A stretch of 64,000 nucleotides of DNA, taken from contig CAJTLY010000001.1 in the NCBI GenBank assembly GCA_910577095.1, forward strand, positions 40,063 to 104,062, read 5' to 3'. The DNA comes from an uncultured Alphaproteobacteria bacterium (GTDB taxonomy: Bacteria > Pseudomonadota > Alphaproteobacteria > RF32 > CAG-239). This document shows, one piece after another, positions 27,577 through 36,997 of this stretch (within the stretch, counting starts at the first letter, position 1; the number at the start of each line of letters is the position of its first letter). A model generated the notes under the pieces. It was not told the DNA's origin, did not search any database, and saw nothing but the letters and a program-made list of their open reading frames with translations. A program made the translations under genes and the position numbers.

Positions 27577-29415
27577 TTGTCCATGTCTATCCGCATTCTG
27601 CCCAATAATCTGGTCAACCAGATTGCAGCCGGCGAGGTTATTGAACGGCCGGCTTCGGTGGTTAAAGAGTTGGTTGAAAACTCGATTGACGCCGGCGCAA
27701 CCTCAATAGAAATAACCTTGGTTGACGGCGGAAAATCGCTGATTGCGGTCAGCGACAACGGTAAAGGCATGGACAAAGAAGACTTGAGTTTGGCAGTGGA
27801 ACGGCATGCCACCTCAAAACTCCCTGACGATGATTTGTTTCATATCAGCTATCTCGGGTTTCGCGGTGAGGCGTTGCCGTCCATTTCGTCGGTGGCGCGT
27901 CTGAGTATGGTATCGCGGACCCGGGAGGCGGAAAACGGATGGAAGCTCGAAGTCAACGGCGGGGTCAGACAGGAAGCTGTTCCTTCGGCGTCCGGAATCG
28001 GTACCAGAATCGAAGTCAGAGACTTGTTCTATGCCACGCCGGCACGGCTCAAATTTCTGAAAACCGGCAGCGGCGAAACCGCTCAGTGTATTGACATGGT
28101 TAACCGGATTGCGATGGCCAACCCGCAAGTGTCTTTTTATCTGATGGATGACCAAAAGAAAAAAATCAGTCTCAACGCCTGTCAGGGCGAATTGTTCGAT
28201 GCCCGTCTGAAACGTCTCAGCGATGTAATGGGGCGGGAGTTTGGAGAAAACGCACTGCTGATTGATGCTGCGCGCGACAATATCCGCATCAGCGGTTATG
28301 TCAGCCTGCCGACTTTTAACAAAGCCAACTCGCTTTCCCAGTATCTGTTTGTGAACAACCGGCCGGTGCGTGACAAATTGCTTCTCGGTGCAATCAGGGG
28401 CGCATATCAGGGGGTGCTGGAAAACGGACGTTATCCGGTTTGCGCGCTTTTTTTTGACGTTAATCCCGATTATGTTGACGTCAATGTTCATCCGGCCAAA
28501 GCCGAAGTTCGTTTTTTTGACAACGCCTCTGTTCGCGGTTTGTTGGTGAGTGCGATTCGTAATGCTTTGGCGGCCGGCAGCCGGCAGACCGCTGCACCGC
28601 TCAATCTGGAGAGCTTTTTGCAAGACAGTTTGGAGGCTTCGGCCGCGGCCGTTTCTTCCGTCGCGGAAAATGAAATGGTGTTTTTGAACGATTATGGTGC
28701 AGCGGTGCCGCCGACACGTTTGCAGATGCCTTTGCCTTCGCGCGCGCCGCGAAACGCCGCACTGCCGGAATTGGAACGGCGTTTTTCGGTACGGGCCGAA
28801 GAAGTCTCTTCCTCCGAAACGGTACCCGAAACCGAAGGTGTTCTGGGACAGGCCAAGGCTCAGTTTCATAATACCTATATCATTTCTCAGACGTCTGACA
28901 GTATCGTGTTGATTGACCAGCACGCCGCTCACGAACGCATCGTGATGGAGAAAATGAAAAAAGCGCTCACCGAGGGACGAAAACCGGCAACTCAAATGTT
29001 GTTGATTCCGGAAATCGTGGAACTGAACCTGCCGGATAAACAGCGCCTGTTGGAAAATGCCGCCGGTCTGTCCGATTTGGGGTTGGCGATTGAAGAGTTT
29101 GGCCCGGCAGCGGTGATTGTCCGTGAGATTCCGGCACTGATTAAAGATTGTGACGTGCGGCGGCTGGTTAATGATCTGGCCGAGCAAATTGCCGAATGGG
29201 GAACCGATTTTGCTCTTGAAGACAAACTTAACCACATTTGCGCTACCGTCGCCTGTCATGGTTCGGTACGGGCCGGGCGAAGTCTTAATCTGGCGGAAAT
29301 GAATCATTTGCTGCGCGAAATGGAAAAGACGCCCAACGCCGGTCAGTGCAACCACGGCCGTCCGACATATATCGAATTGAAAATAAAGGATATTGACAAA
29401 CTGTTTCACCGTTGA
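27577..29415 (+). CDS. mutL: DNA mismatch repair protein MutL
   Basis: LPNNLVNQIAAGEVIERPASVVKELVENSIDAGA GHKL ATPase N-terminus; C-terminal dimerisation domain ends ACHGSVRAG...CNHGRPT. Confidence 0.95.
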   Translation: MSMSIRILPNNLVNQIAAGEVIERPASVVKELVENSIDAGATSIEITLVDGGKSLIAVSDNGKGMDKEDLSLAVERHATSKLPDDDLFHISYLGFRGEALPSISSVARLSMVSRTREAENGWKLEVNGGVRQEAVPSASGIGTRIEVRDLFYATPARLKFLKTGSGETAQCIDMVNRIAMANPQVSFYLMDDQKKKISLNACQGELFDARLKRLSDVMGREFGENALLIDAARDNIRISGYVSLPTFNKANSLSQYLFVNNRPVRDKLLLGAIRGAYQGVLENGRYPVCALFFDVNPDYVDVNVHPAKAEVRFFDNASVRGLLVSAIRNALAAGSRQTAAPLNLESFLQDSLEASAAAVSSVAENEMVFLNDYGAAVPPTRLQMPLPSRAPRNAALPELERRFSVRAEEVSSSETVPETEGVLGQAKAQFHNTYIISQTSDSIVLIDQHAAHERIVMEKMKKALTEGRKPATQMLLIPEIVELNLPDKQRLLENAAGLSDLGLAIEEFGPAAVIVREIPALIKDCDVRRLVNDLAEQIAEWGTDFALEDKLNHICATVACHGSVRAGRSLNLAEMNHLLREMEKTPNAGQCNHGRPTYIELKIKDIDKLFHR

Positions 29416-29501
29416 GAGGGAAAGACGTCAACGATAATAACAATTTGTTATTTTTTAGCTTGACTTTATAAGACTAATTTTGTAAAAACACTCTCAGTAA
29501 T

Positions 29502-29579
29502 GGCGAAAGTAGCTCAGTTGGTTAGAGTACCGGTTTGTGGTACCGGGTGTCGTGGGTTCGAGTCCCATCTTTCGCCCCA
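29502..29579 (+). tRNA. tRNA-His (GTG)
   Basis: Extra 5' G(-1) giving an 8-bp acceptor GGCGAAAG/CTTTCGCC, anticodon loop TTGTGGT, encoded CCA. Confidence 0.93.
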
Positions 29580-29581
29580 TT

Positions 29582-29610
29582 AAAAAAATCCTCCTTCGGG
29601 AGGTTTTTTT
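29582..29610 (+). terminator. terminator after tRNA-His
   Basis: A7-CCTCC-TTCG-GGAGG-T7. Confidence 0.8.
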
Positions 29611-29686
29611 ATGGGTAAAAGAAAGTTGGCCGTTTTTACGTTTTTTTGTCTAGGCTTTGACGCTTATATCGGATATATTGATTTAT

Positions 29687-29827
29687 TTTTTTGCACGAGG
29701 ATACTATGTTGATACAACAGGAAAGAATACTCAAAAGATAGCAGAGTATATACGGAACCAATTAAAAGAAGACGAGGAGGCAAGTCAGTTGACTATGGAT
29801 TTAGACCCATTTATGGGTAGCAAGTAG
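29687..29827 (+). pseudogene. 3' remnant of an IS200/IS605-family tnpA (Y1 transposase)
   Basis: The frame reads FFARGYYVDTTGKNTQKIAEYIRNQLKEDEEASQLTMDLDPFMGSK*. This parallels the IS200 TnpA C-terminus (FWCRGYYVDTVGKNTAKIQDYIKHQLEEDK...PFTG). There is an in-frame stop at 29651 and the whole N-terminal catalytic part is absent. Confidence 0.75.
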
Positions 29828-30008
29828 TCTTCGCTCGGTCGGAATCGGATACGCCGTTTAGGCGGGGCTGGTAAGATGAGCCTTCTTAGGCGTATGTGAA
29901 GAACCCCCGGCTATTTTTATGCTCAAAAACCGGTTTGCGGTGGAAACAAGCATAAAAAAACCGCCTTTTTTACCAACGGCAAAAAAAACGGCAGAAGTTC
30001 GGCAACCG

Positions 30009-30179
30009 TTAATGAATCGAGGTTGCGGATTGTTTTTCATCTTCCAGGGTTTTAATCTGGGAGAGCAGGGCTTGTACGACTCTTTGATTGAGGTTATGAA
30101 CTTTGGCATACTCAATCAGCTGATTGAATTGTTTGTTTTTCAGCAATTCCAGTTGTTGGTGGACAGTGAGGTACTTCAT
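30009..30179 (-). CDS. possible 56-aa helical protein
   Basis: ORF below the track cutoff: MKYLTVHQQLELLKNKQFNQLIEYAKVHNLNQRVVQALLSQIKTLEDEKQSATSIH. No clear SD. Confidence 0.25.
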   Translation of the reverse strand: MKYLTVHQQLELLKNKQFNQLIEYAKVHNLNQRVVQALLSQIKTLEDEKQSATSIH

Positions 30180-30245
30180 ACGGTAATTTGTTAAATAATT
30201 AATTTCATTGTACGTTTAGCATTATTTTCCTGTCTTGGCAAGTAC

Positions 30246-31055
30246 CTAATTGCGTTTTAAAGACATCATTTCCATACGGTGGTTATTCAAAAATTGTTGA
30301 TAGAGGTCATTTTCGGTCAACAGCGGTTTGTTGCGGCTGGCCTCAATTCCGTGAAGCTTGCCGTCTTTTCCGATCTCCAGCCCTTCCTGATGCAGTTCCA
30401 TGGCAAACTTTTGCAAAAACTTGTCGCCGTTGGGAACTTTCTCGGCAGATTGTTGCTTTTTAATCACAATATCCCTGATCAACATTTTATCAATAAGCAG
30501 GGAAGATTGAAACCGTGTTTCCGCTTTGTCGACGGCCAGCCCTTTGTGACGACAGCGGGCATGATGAACCCGATCAATTTCTGCATCACTGATTTTACGA
30601 TCACCCTGAAAATGCATTTGAGACAGATCTCCGTGTTCGTCAATCGCAAAACTGACGTTATAGGAACCAAAGTCATATCCTTGGGTTTTTGAACCGGCAG
30701 GATGATCTTTTTTATCCAGTAAAACGCCTGAAATTGTGAGGGCTTCTTCTTTACTCAAGCCCGTCTGACTGAAAACTTCAATCAATTCGGACGGGGTAAT
30801 TCGACCGTTGCAATCAACTTTTTGAAGATAAAAATCCAGAAAACGGTCACATTTTTCCTGATCGGCATTAATCTCTGTGAGAGCCGAAGCCAGCTTTTTG
30901 GGACTGAAATAGGCTTTGGGTGCTGTCTGCCGGTCGTGGGAAGAACTGTGTCCCTGAGCGCTTAAATTACCGGATGAGAGTACGGCAACACTTGTAACCA
31001 ATATCAGAGCACGCCATTTTTGTGTCAGTTTGTCTTTAAGATTCATCGGCGTCAT
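30246..31055 (-). CDS. hypothetical secreted protein
   Basis: 269 aa with signal peptide (WRALILVTSVAVLSSGNLSAQG). No family recognised. Lies in the islet between tRNA-His and tRNA-Gly. Confidence 0.65.
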   Translation of the reverse strand: MTPMNLKDKLTQKWRALILVTSVAVLSSGNLSAQGHSSSHDRQTAPKAYFSPKKLASALTEINADQEKCDRFLDFYLQKVDCNGRITPSELIEVFSQTGLSKEEALTISGVLLDKKDHPAGSKTQGYDFGSYNVSFAIDEHGDLSQMHFQGDRKISDAEIDRVHHARCRHKGLAVDKAETRFQSSLLIDKMLIRDIVIKKQQSAEKVPNGDKFLQKFAMELHQEGLEIGKDGKLHGIEASRNKPLLTENDLYQQFLNNHRMEMMSLKRN

Positions 31056-31148
31056 CCTTATGATAATAAATAATGAATTATACTATAACATTTTTGATAA
31101 GAGGTCAAATGATATTGTCAGAACAGAATTTTCGGAAGAGAGAAGGTT

Positions 31149-31235
31149 ACAGGACTGTTTGACCGCCTCCGGCCCTTTCGGGTTCGATCCCCTTGATAAC
31201 GATTATGCGGGAAGTTTGGAGCGGGTAACGGGAAT
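31149..31235. repeat. direct repeat copy A (orphan tRNA-Gly 3' fragment plus 68-nt flank)
   Basis: 87 nt, 85/87 identical to 31339-31425. Contains tggagcgggtaacgggaat, the last 19 nt of tRNA-Gly on the minus strand. Confidence 0.93.
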
Positions 31236-31338
31236 ACGCGGCTCTGCCGCTCGTAGCTCGGTTGCCGGCTTCGCTGCAATCGGTTGTCACCGCTTTGGCT
31301 CAGGCTGTCAACCTACGCCCGTCGTTGTCAAACAGTTC

Positions 31339-31425
31339 ACAGGACTGTTTGACCGCCTCCGGCCCTTTCGGGTTCGATCCCCTTAATAATGATTATGCGG
31401 GAAGTTTGGAGCGGGTAACGGGAAT
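31339..31425. repeat. direct repeat copy B (3' end of the intact tRNA-Gly plus flank)
   Basis: Partner of 31149-31235, offset 190 bp, separated by a 103-nt unique insert (31236-31338). Confidence 0.93.
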
Positions 31426-31480
31426 CGAACCCGCATTAAAAGCTTGGGAAGCTCTCATTCTACCATTGAATTATACCCGC
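31407..31480 (-). tRNA. tRNA-Gly (CCC)
   Basis: The reverse complement gives GCGGGTA...TACCCGC acceptor, anticodon loop TTCCCAA, T-arm GCGGG-TTCGATT-CCCGT and CCA. Confidence 0.93.
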
Positions 31481-31636
31481 AAAAGGTATTTCTGTTATAT
31501 TATGATCTCGGCAAAAATCAATAAAAAAATGAAGGGCAGGAATAATATTTTCCCCACTGATGAATTATTCCTTTGAAAAATGGCGGCGGAGATCTTATAA
31601 AGTTATTGAACATAATTTTGATTCAGGAGAAAAATA

Positions 31637-31966
31637 ATGAAAAAACTGTTTATTTTACTGGCAGCTGCCGGAATCTTCGCAACTTCTCAGGTTAATGCGG
31701 CGGATTTAGTCGATTATGCGAAAACCGCACAAGAAAAAATTGATTCTGCAACCGCCGGAATTGAAAACAAAAAAGAAGAAATAGCTGCCCGCAAAGCAGA
31801 AAAAGAAGCCGCGGCCAAAGCTAGAAAAGCAGAGAAAAAAGCGGCAATCGAAGCTAAAAAAGCCGAAAAGAAAGCGGCCGCAGAAGCGCAGAAAGCCGAA
31901 CGGGAAAAAGCTTTGGAAGATACCAAAAACAGCCTTGACAACCTTAAAAAGGCTTGGACAAAGTAA
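31637..31966 (+). CDS. secreted Lys/Ala/Glu-rich repeat protein
   Basis: 109 aa with signal peptide MKKLFILLAAAGIFATSQVNA and four tandem 11-residue repeats (ARKAEKEAAAK-like). Confidence 0.65.
   Translation: MKKLFILLAAAGIFATSQVNAADLVDYAKTAQEKIDSATAGIENKKEEIAARKAEKEAAAKARKAEKKAAIEAKKAEKKAAAEAQKAEREKALEDTKNSLDNLKKAWTK
31787..31918 (+). repeat. 4 x 33-bp imperfect tandem repeat (coding)
   Basis: Encodes ARKAEKEAAAK / ARKAEKKAAIE / AKKAEKKAAAE / AQKAEREKALE. Confidence 0.8.
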
Positions 31967-31984
31967 TTGTTTGTCTGCTTACAG

Positions 31985-32016
31985 GAACTCCGGAAAATTT
32001 CGGAGTTCTTTTTTTT
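31985..32016 (+). terminator. terminator of the repeat-protein gene
   Basis: GAACTCCG-GAAAATTT-CGGAGTTC plus T8. Confidence 0.8.
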
Positions 32017-32024
32017 GTTTTAAA

Positions 32025-32060
32025 TGCAAAAAGGCCGCCTTTTTTTCAAAGGCGGCCTTT
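32025..32060 (-). terminator. terminator of ppiD
   Basis: AAAGGCCGCC/GGCGGCCTTT 10-bp stem with a T-run on the minus strand. Confidence 0.75.
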
Positions 32061-32079
32061 AACGAGAACTAAACTCAGT

Positions 32080-33954
32080 TTAATCGGCTAAGCCGAGCAA
32101 ACGGTATTTTACCCGTACGTCATAATTTTTGCCATAGCTGTCGATCAAGGCAGATGCGGCTTGTTGGGTAAGATCGAGGTTAAGACGGCGTGTCAAAATC
32201 TCCATATCCTGATCAGACAATTGACGTGCATCGGCATCGCGATCTGCAACGGCAACGATATGACGATTGCCGAGATTGATCAGTTTTGGGGTGCCGATCG
32301 TTTCATTAAACAATTCCAGCATTTGCGGCTGTCCCAGATCGGCGAAGTTTTCGCTGCGTGAAAGCGGTTCGGTTGTTGTTACCTTGAGGTTATACCGACC
32401 GGCAACATCATCCATCGAATCACCGCTGTCCAGATCATGGATAACGTCATTGATAATTTCCTGTGCGATTGCGGCTTTTTCGTTTTCTTGCCACATTTGG
32501 CGGATTTTCGGCAACGCTTTTTCCATTTCCTGCGGGTGGCTGTCGGTTATGGCGTCAACTTTTACGAAAACAAAGCCGTCGTCGGTTTCTACCGCCTGCG
32601 AAATTTCACCCTGATTATACGAAAAGACAGCGTCGATAAAATCGTTGTTGGTCAGCAAGCCGGTATGCGCACCCGGCAGAGAAGCGGCGTCGCCGGCTTC
32701 GTTGAGGCCTTTGACGCGATAGGTGGCAAGTCCCATTTGCGCGGCGATTTCATCCAACGAAGAACCGGCACCGATTTTATCTTCAATTTGATTAATCAGG
32801 TCATAGGCCGTTTCATACACTTTTTCCTTGGCCAACGTTTCGGCAATTGTTTTTCTGACTTTGGCTTCGTCCTGTTTGGAACCGGCTTTGATGTCGGTTA
32901 CTTTCATAAGGTGCCAGCCGAAATCCGATTGCAGGGGGCCGACGGTTTCGTTGTTTTCGGCAGCAAAAACGGCACTGCCGGTTTCGCCGATCAGCATATC
33001 TTCGGCCACATATTCGAGGTTGGTTTCTTCGTCGGTCTGACCGGCTTTTTCCCGGGCAACCTTATAAAAATCTTCTCCGGCGTCAAGAGCTTTTTTGGCC
33101 GCTGCGGCATCTTCTTCCGATGCAAACACCATTTGCAGAACGTTACGGGTTTCCGGCGTAACAAACTGATTGAGATTTTCTTTATAATACCGGTCGATTT
33201 CTTCTTCGCTGATGACGGCATGAGCGGCAACGTCATCTATTGACAGCAACAGAAATTCGGCATCGCGGGTTTCCGGATCGGTGAATTCAATGCTGAAATC
33301 GTCATAATATTGTTTAATCTCATCATCGGAAATCTCACGGTCGACCGTTACATCATTGTCATTTACGGTTACGTATTTAAAAACCTTGCGTTGGGCTTCG
33401 GCCGCTGCGGCATATTTCTTCAATACCGACGGGACGTTAAAACCGCTGACCGGATTTTGTACCAGATATTGTTTTTTCAGATCCTGGCGGATGGTATCAA
33501 TGTATTGCTGTTCGCTCCAGTTGGACGAAGAAAGGAAATATTTGAGACGTTCACGGCTGAATTTTCCGTTTTCATCCAAAAACTGAACCTGAGAAAAGAT
33601 GATGTTGCGAATCAACGTGTCGCTGACCGAAACTTTGTTTTTGGCGGCCGTTTCTTCGACAATCATCGAATTGAGGTCTCTTTGAACCAGTCCGGCAAGC
33701 ATGGCATTGCGGATTTCATCGGTAATTTCGACGTCGCCGAAAATTTTCTGGGCGGTGCGAATTTCTCGATCCAGCTGTTGGTTGATGTCGAACTGACTGA
33801 TTTTACGGTCATTTACCTTGATCACGGTGCGGTTGCCGGCTGCACTGTTAATATATCCGGAAACGCCGAACAACGACATAAAGCTCAGGGCGGTTAAAAT
33901 CAGAATGGCTTTTGCAGCCCATGAATCTTGTGCTTTGCGTAATTTGGTAATCAT
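32080..33954 (-). CDS. ppiD: periplasmic chaperone / peptidyl-prolyl isomerase PpiD-like
   Basis: 624 aa with an N-terminal TM anchor, a SurA-N-like region and a parvulin domain (GPLQSDFGWHLMKV). Confidence 0.8.
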   Translation of the reverse strand: MITKLRKAQDSWAAKAILILTALSFMSLFGVSGYINSAAGNRTVIKVNDRKISQFDINQQLDREIRTAQKIFGDVEITDEIRNAMLAGLVQRDLNSMIVEETAAKNKVSVSDTLIRNIIFSQVQFLDENGKFSRERLKYFLSSSNWSEQQYIDTIRQDLKKQYLVQNPVSGFNVPSVLKKYAAAAEAQRKVFKYVTVNDNDVTVDREISDDEIKQYYDDFSIEFTDPETRDAEFLLLSIDDVAAHAVISEEEIDRYYKENLNQFVTPETRNVLQMVFASEEDAAAAKKALDAGEDFYKVAREKAGQTDEETNLEYVAEDMLIGETGSAVFAAENNETVGPLQSDFGWHLMKVTDIKAGSKQDEAKVRKTIAETLAKEKVYETAYDLINQIEDKIGAGSSLDEIAAQMGLATYRVKGLNEAGDAASLPGAHTGLLTNNDFIDAVFSYNQGEISQAVETDDGFVFVKVDAITDSHPQEMEKALPKIRQMWQENEKAAIAQEIINDVIHDLDSGDSMDDVAGRYNLKVTTTEPLSRSENFADLGQPQMLELFNETIGTPKLINLGNRHIVAVADRDADARQLSDQDMEILTRRLNLDLTQQAASALIDSYGKNYDVRVKYRLLGLAD

Positions 33955-34107
33955 TTTAAATTATGTCCTGCAGATTTTACTTAAATTATTAAACTAAGCA
34001 TAGAATATAATAGATTTCTTAATATATGCAATTGCAAAATATTAGTGTTGAAAAGTTTTTTTTAGTATGCTAATTTTGCGACAACGTAAACATTTGAGGA
34101 AAAAATA

Positions 34108-34866
34108 ATGGCTAGAAAAATTATGATTGCCGGCAACTGGAAAATGAACGGTCTCTCCGAAGACGGAGTTGCTCTTGCCAAAGCGGTTGCCGCCGGTGTA
34201 AAGGAAATGGGGAAACCTGCCTGCGAATTTTTGGTATGCCCGCCTTTTACGTTGCTGTATCAGGTAAAAAAAGCGCTTCGCGGCGCCAAAGTCGCGCTGG
34301 GCGCACAAGACGCTCATTTTGCGGTTAAGGGTGCCCATACCGGTGATATCAGCCCGCTGATGCTCAAAGATCTCGGATGCACTTATGTCATCCTCGGCCA
34401 TTCCGAACGCCGCGCCGACCATTTTGAAACCAACGAACTGGTTGCCAAAAAGGCAGCCGCCGTTTACGAGGCCGGTTTGAAAACAGTCATTTGCATCGGC
34501 GAAACCGAACAGCAGCGCGAAGAGGGCAAAACCATCGACGTTTGTTCTGCTCAGATTATGGGCTCGGTTCCGGAAAATGCCGACGCTTCCAACACCGTAA
34601 TTGCCTATGAACCGGTTTGGGCGATCGGAACCGGCAAAACGCCGACCGCGGCCGACGTCGAAGAAGTTCATGCCGCCGTACGCAAAGTTCTGGCCCAAAA
34701 ACTGGGAAAGGCAACCGCCAACAAAATGCGCATTTTATACGGCGGATCGGTCAAGCCCTCCAACGCCAAAGAATTTTTGTCATTGCCCGATGTTGACGGT
34801 GCCCTGATCGGCGGCGCCAGCCTGAAGGCCGAAGATTTTCTGGCAATTGCCAAGTCTGTTTGTTAA
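34108..34866 (+). CDS. tpiA: triosephosphate isomerase
   Basis: IAGNWKMNG, GHSERR and AYEPVWAIGTG motifs. Confidence 0.95.
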   Translation: MARKIMIAGNWKMNGLSEDGVALAKAVAAGVKEMGKPACEFLVCPPFTLLYQVKKALRGAKVALGAQDAHFAVKGAHTGDISPLMLKDLGCTYVILGHSERRADHFETNELVAKKAAAVYEAGLKTVICIGETEQQREEGKTIDVCSAQIMGSVPENADASNTVIAYEPVWAIGTGKTPTAADVEEVHAAVRKVLAQKLGKATANKMRILYGGSVKPSNAKEFLSLPDVDGALIGGASLKAEDFLAIAKSVC

Positions 34867-34893
34867 AACAAAATAATAGAGGATTATAAAATA

Positions 34894-35235
34894 ATGAGTA
34901 CGGTTTTATTAGTAGTACATTTGCTGGTGGCCATTTTTCTGGTTGCCCTGATTCTGTTGCAGCGTTCCGGCGGCGGTGCGTTGGACGGTTTGGGCGGCGG
35001 CAGCGGTGCCGGCAATTTTTTGACTGCCCGCGGTACCGGAAATCTGTTGACCCGTTTAACGGCGATCATGGCAACGATTTTTTTTCTGACCAGCCTTTCG
35101 TTGTCTCTTTATTATAAAGATCACGGTAAAGTTGCCGCTCAGTCGATTTTGGACAAGCCGGCCGCCGAAGCTTCGGTGCCGGCAGAACCCGCACCGGCTC
35201 CCGAGGCACCCAGCGCACCGGTTGCAGAGAAATAA
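34894..35235 (+). CDS. secG: preprotein translocase subunit SecG
   Basis: 113 aa with two TM segments, LLQRSGGGALDG (the SecG signature glycine-rich loop) and tpiA-secG synteny. Confidence 0.88.
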   Translation: MSTVLLVVHLLVAIFLVALILLQRSGGGALDGLGGGSGAGNFLTARGTGNLLTRLTAIMATIFFLTSLSLSLYYKDHGKVAAQSILDKPAAEASVPAEPAPAPEAPSAPVAEK

Positions 35236-35313
35236 GCCGACAATGATGAGTTCAACCGATTTAAGGGCACCTTTTTGACAAGGTGCCCTTGTCACTTTAA
35301 AATATACGGGAAT

Positions 35314-36966
35314 ATGACTGAAATGACTGAAAAAGCAAATCCGAAAACCAAATTTATTTTTATTACCGGCGGCGTCGTCTCATCCCTCGGCAAAGGGCTG
35401 GCGTCGGCCTCGTTGGCGGCACTGTTGCAGGCGCGCGGTTTTAAGGTGCGGCTGCGTAAGCTTGATCCTTATCTCAATGTGGATCCGGGAACGATGAATC
35501 CGTGTCAGCACGGCGAAGTTTTTGTTACCGACGACGGTACCGAAGCCGACCTTGATCTGGGGCATTACGAACGTTTTTCCGGAATTCCGGCTACCCGGCA
35601 CGACAGTGTCACTTCCGGAAAAATTTATCAGCGGGTTCTCGACCGCGAACGCCGCGGTGATTATCTCGGTGCCACCATTCAAGTCATTCCCCATGTGACC
35701 AACGAAATCAAAAACTTTATCCTTTCCGATCTGGAGGACGAAGATTTTGTATTGTGTGAAATCGGCGGTACGGTGGGAGATATTGAAGGACAGCCGTATC
35801 TGGAGACGATCCGTCAGCTGGCTTACGAATTGGGGCGCGAACATACGATGTTTGTTCATCTGACGTTGCTGCCTTATATTCCCACCGCCGGCGAGCTGAA
35901 AACCAAACCGACGCAGCATTCGGTCAAACAGCTTCAGGAATACGGGATTCAGCCGGATATTCTGCTGTGCCGCTCTCAGGTGGAGATTCCGCAAAACGAA
36001 AAACGAAAGATCGCTCTGTTTTGCAATGTCCGTGAGGAGAGGGTGATTGCGGCGCTGGACGCAAAGTCAATCTATCATGTTCCGATGGCTTATTCGTGCG
36101 AAGGTCTGGACAACGAAGTCTGTAAATATTTCGGCCTTGAAGCGCCGGCCGCCGATTTGAGCAAATGGGAACATATCGCCGATGTGATGGAAAATCCGGA
36201 AGGTGAGGTCAAAATAGCCGTTGTCGGCAAATATCAATTGCTGGAAGCTTACAAGTCTTTGAACGAAGCGTTGACTCACGGCGGTATTGCCAACCGGTTT
36301 AAAGTGAAAATCAAGTGGATTGACGCCGAGGAAATCGAAAAACACGGCGCCGATCAATATTTATCGGACGTCGGCGGCATCTTGGTACCGGGAGGATTCG
36401 GCAGCCGCGGCACCGAAGGAAAAATTGCCGCTGCCCGTTATGCACGCGAGCACAATATTCCTTATTTGGGAATTTGTTTCGGTATGCAAATGGCTGTGAT
36501 CGAAACCTTGCGTCATGTTGCCGGAATTGCAAACGCCAACAGTACCGAACTTTCTTCCGATTGCGAACCAGTGGTCGGTCTGATGACGGAGTGGGACAAG
36601 GAAGGCGCGCGCCAAATACGTGCCAAAGACGGAGATTTGGGCGGAACAATGCGGCTGGGAGCTTATCCCTGCGTTCTGCAACCGGGATCTAAAGCCTTTG
36701 ATGTCTATGGACAAAAAGAGATCAGCGAACGCCATCGTCACCGCTATGAAGTGAATATTAAATATGAAGCTTTACTTAAAAAATCGGGTATGCTAATAAC
36801 AGGTAAATCACCGGACGGAAAACTTCCGGAAATAGTAGAACGGCCGGAGCATCCCTGGTTTGTCGCCGTTCAGTTTCATCCTGAACTGAAATCAAAGCCG
36901 TTTGCGCCGCACCCGTTATTTGTGGCTTTTGTAAAAGCAGCAATTGACAACAGCCGTCTTTTGTAA
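35314..36966 (+). CDS. pyrG: CTP synthase
   Basis: [17 protein letters not shown]-terminus and a GATase domain with GICFGMQ. Start chosen at ATG 35314. Confidence 0.95.
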   Translation: MTEMTEKANPKTKFIFITGGVVSSLGKGLASASLAALLQARGFKVRLRKLDPYLNVDPGTMNPCQHGEVFVTDDGTEADLDLGHYERFSGIPATRHDSVTSGKIYQRVLDRERRGDYLGATIQVIPHVTNEIKNFILSDLEDEDFVLCEIGGTVGDIEGQPYLETIRQLAYELGREHTMFVHLTLLPYIPTAGELKTKPTQHSVKQLQEYGIQPDILLCRSQVEIPQNEKRKIALFCNVREERVIAALDAKSIYHVPMAYSCEGLDNEVCKYFGLEAPAADLSKWEHIADVMENPEGEVKIAVVGKYQLLEAYKSLNEALTHGGIANRFKVKIKWIDAEEIEKHGADQYLSDVGGILVPGGFGSRGTEGKIAAARYAREHNIPYLGICFGMQMAVIETLRHVAGIANANSTELSSDCEPVVGLMTEWDKEGARQIRAKDGDLGGTMRLGAYPCVLQPGSKAFDVYGQKEISERHRHRYEVNIKYEALLKKSGMLITGKSPDGKLPEIVERPEHPWFVAVQFHPELKSKPFAPHPLFVAFVKAAIDNSRLL

Positions 36967-36997
36967 TTAACTGGTAAAAAATAAAAGTAAAGGAACT

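Noticed and set aside
27814-29409. 531-aa ORF on the minus strand
   Set aside because: It is antisense to mutL, which has unambiguous GHKL motifs. The translation is Arg/Gln/Phe-rich. It is a shadow ORF.
30246-31055. DCNGRITPSELIE in the 269-aa secreted protein looked EF-hand-like
   Set aside because: The spacing of the liganding positions does not fit the 12-residue EF-hand loop (no Asp/Asn at positions 5 and 9, hydrophobic residue misplaced).
31391-31406. CCCGCATAATCATTATTAAGG next to tRNA-Gly resembles the XerC-arm core CGCATAA
   Set aside because: Only the 8-mer CGCATAAT matches, there is no TTATG partner arm at the right spacing, and an 8-mer match is expected by chance about twice in 64 kb on two strands.
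31030-31576. ORFs 31030-31386 and 31262-31576 (+)
   Set aside because: They run across the tRNA-Gly gene and its duplicated flank. Their mutual similarity simply reflects the DNA repeat.
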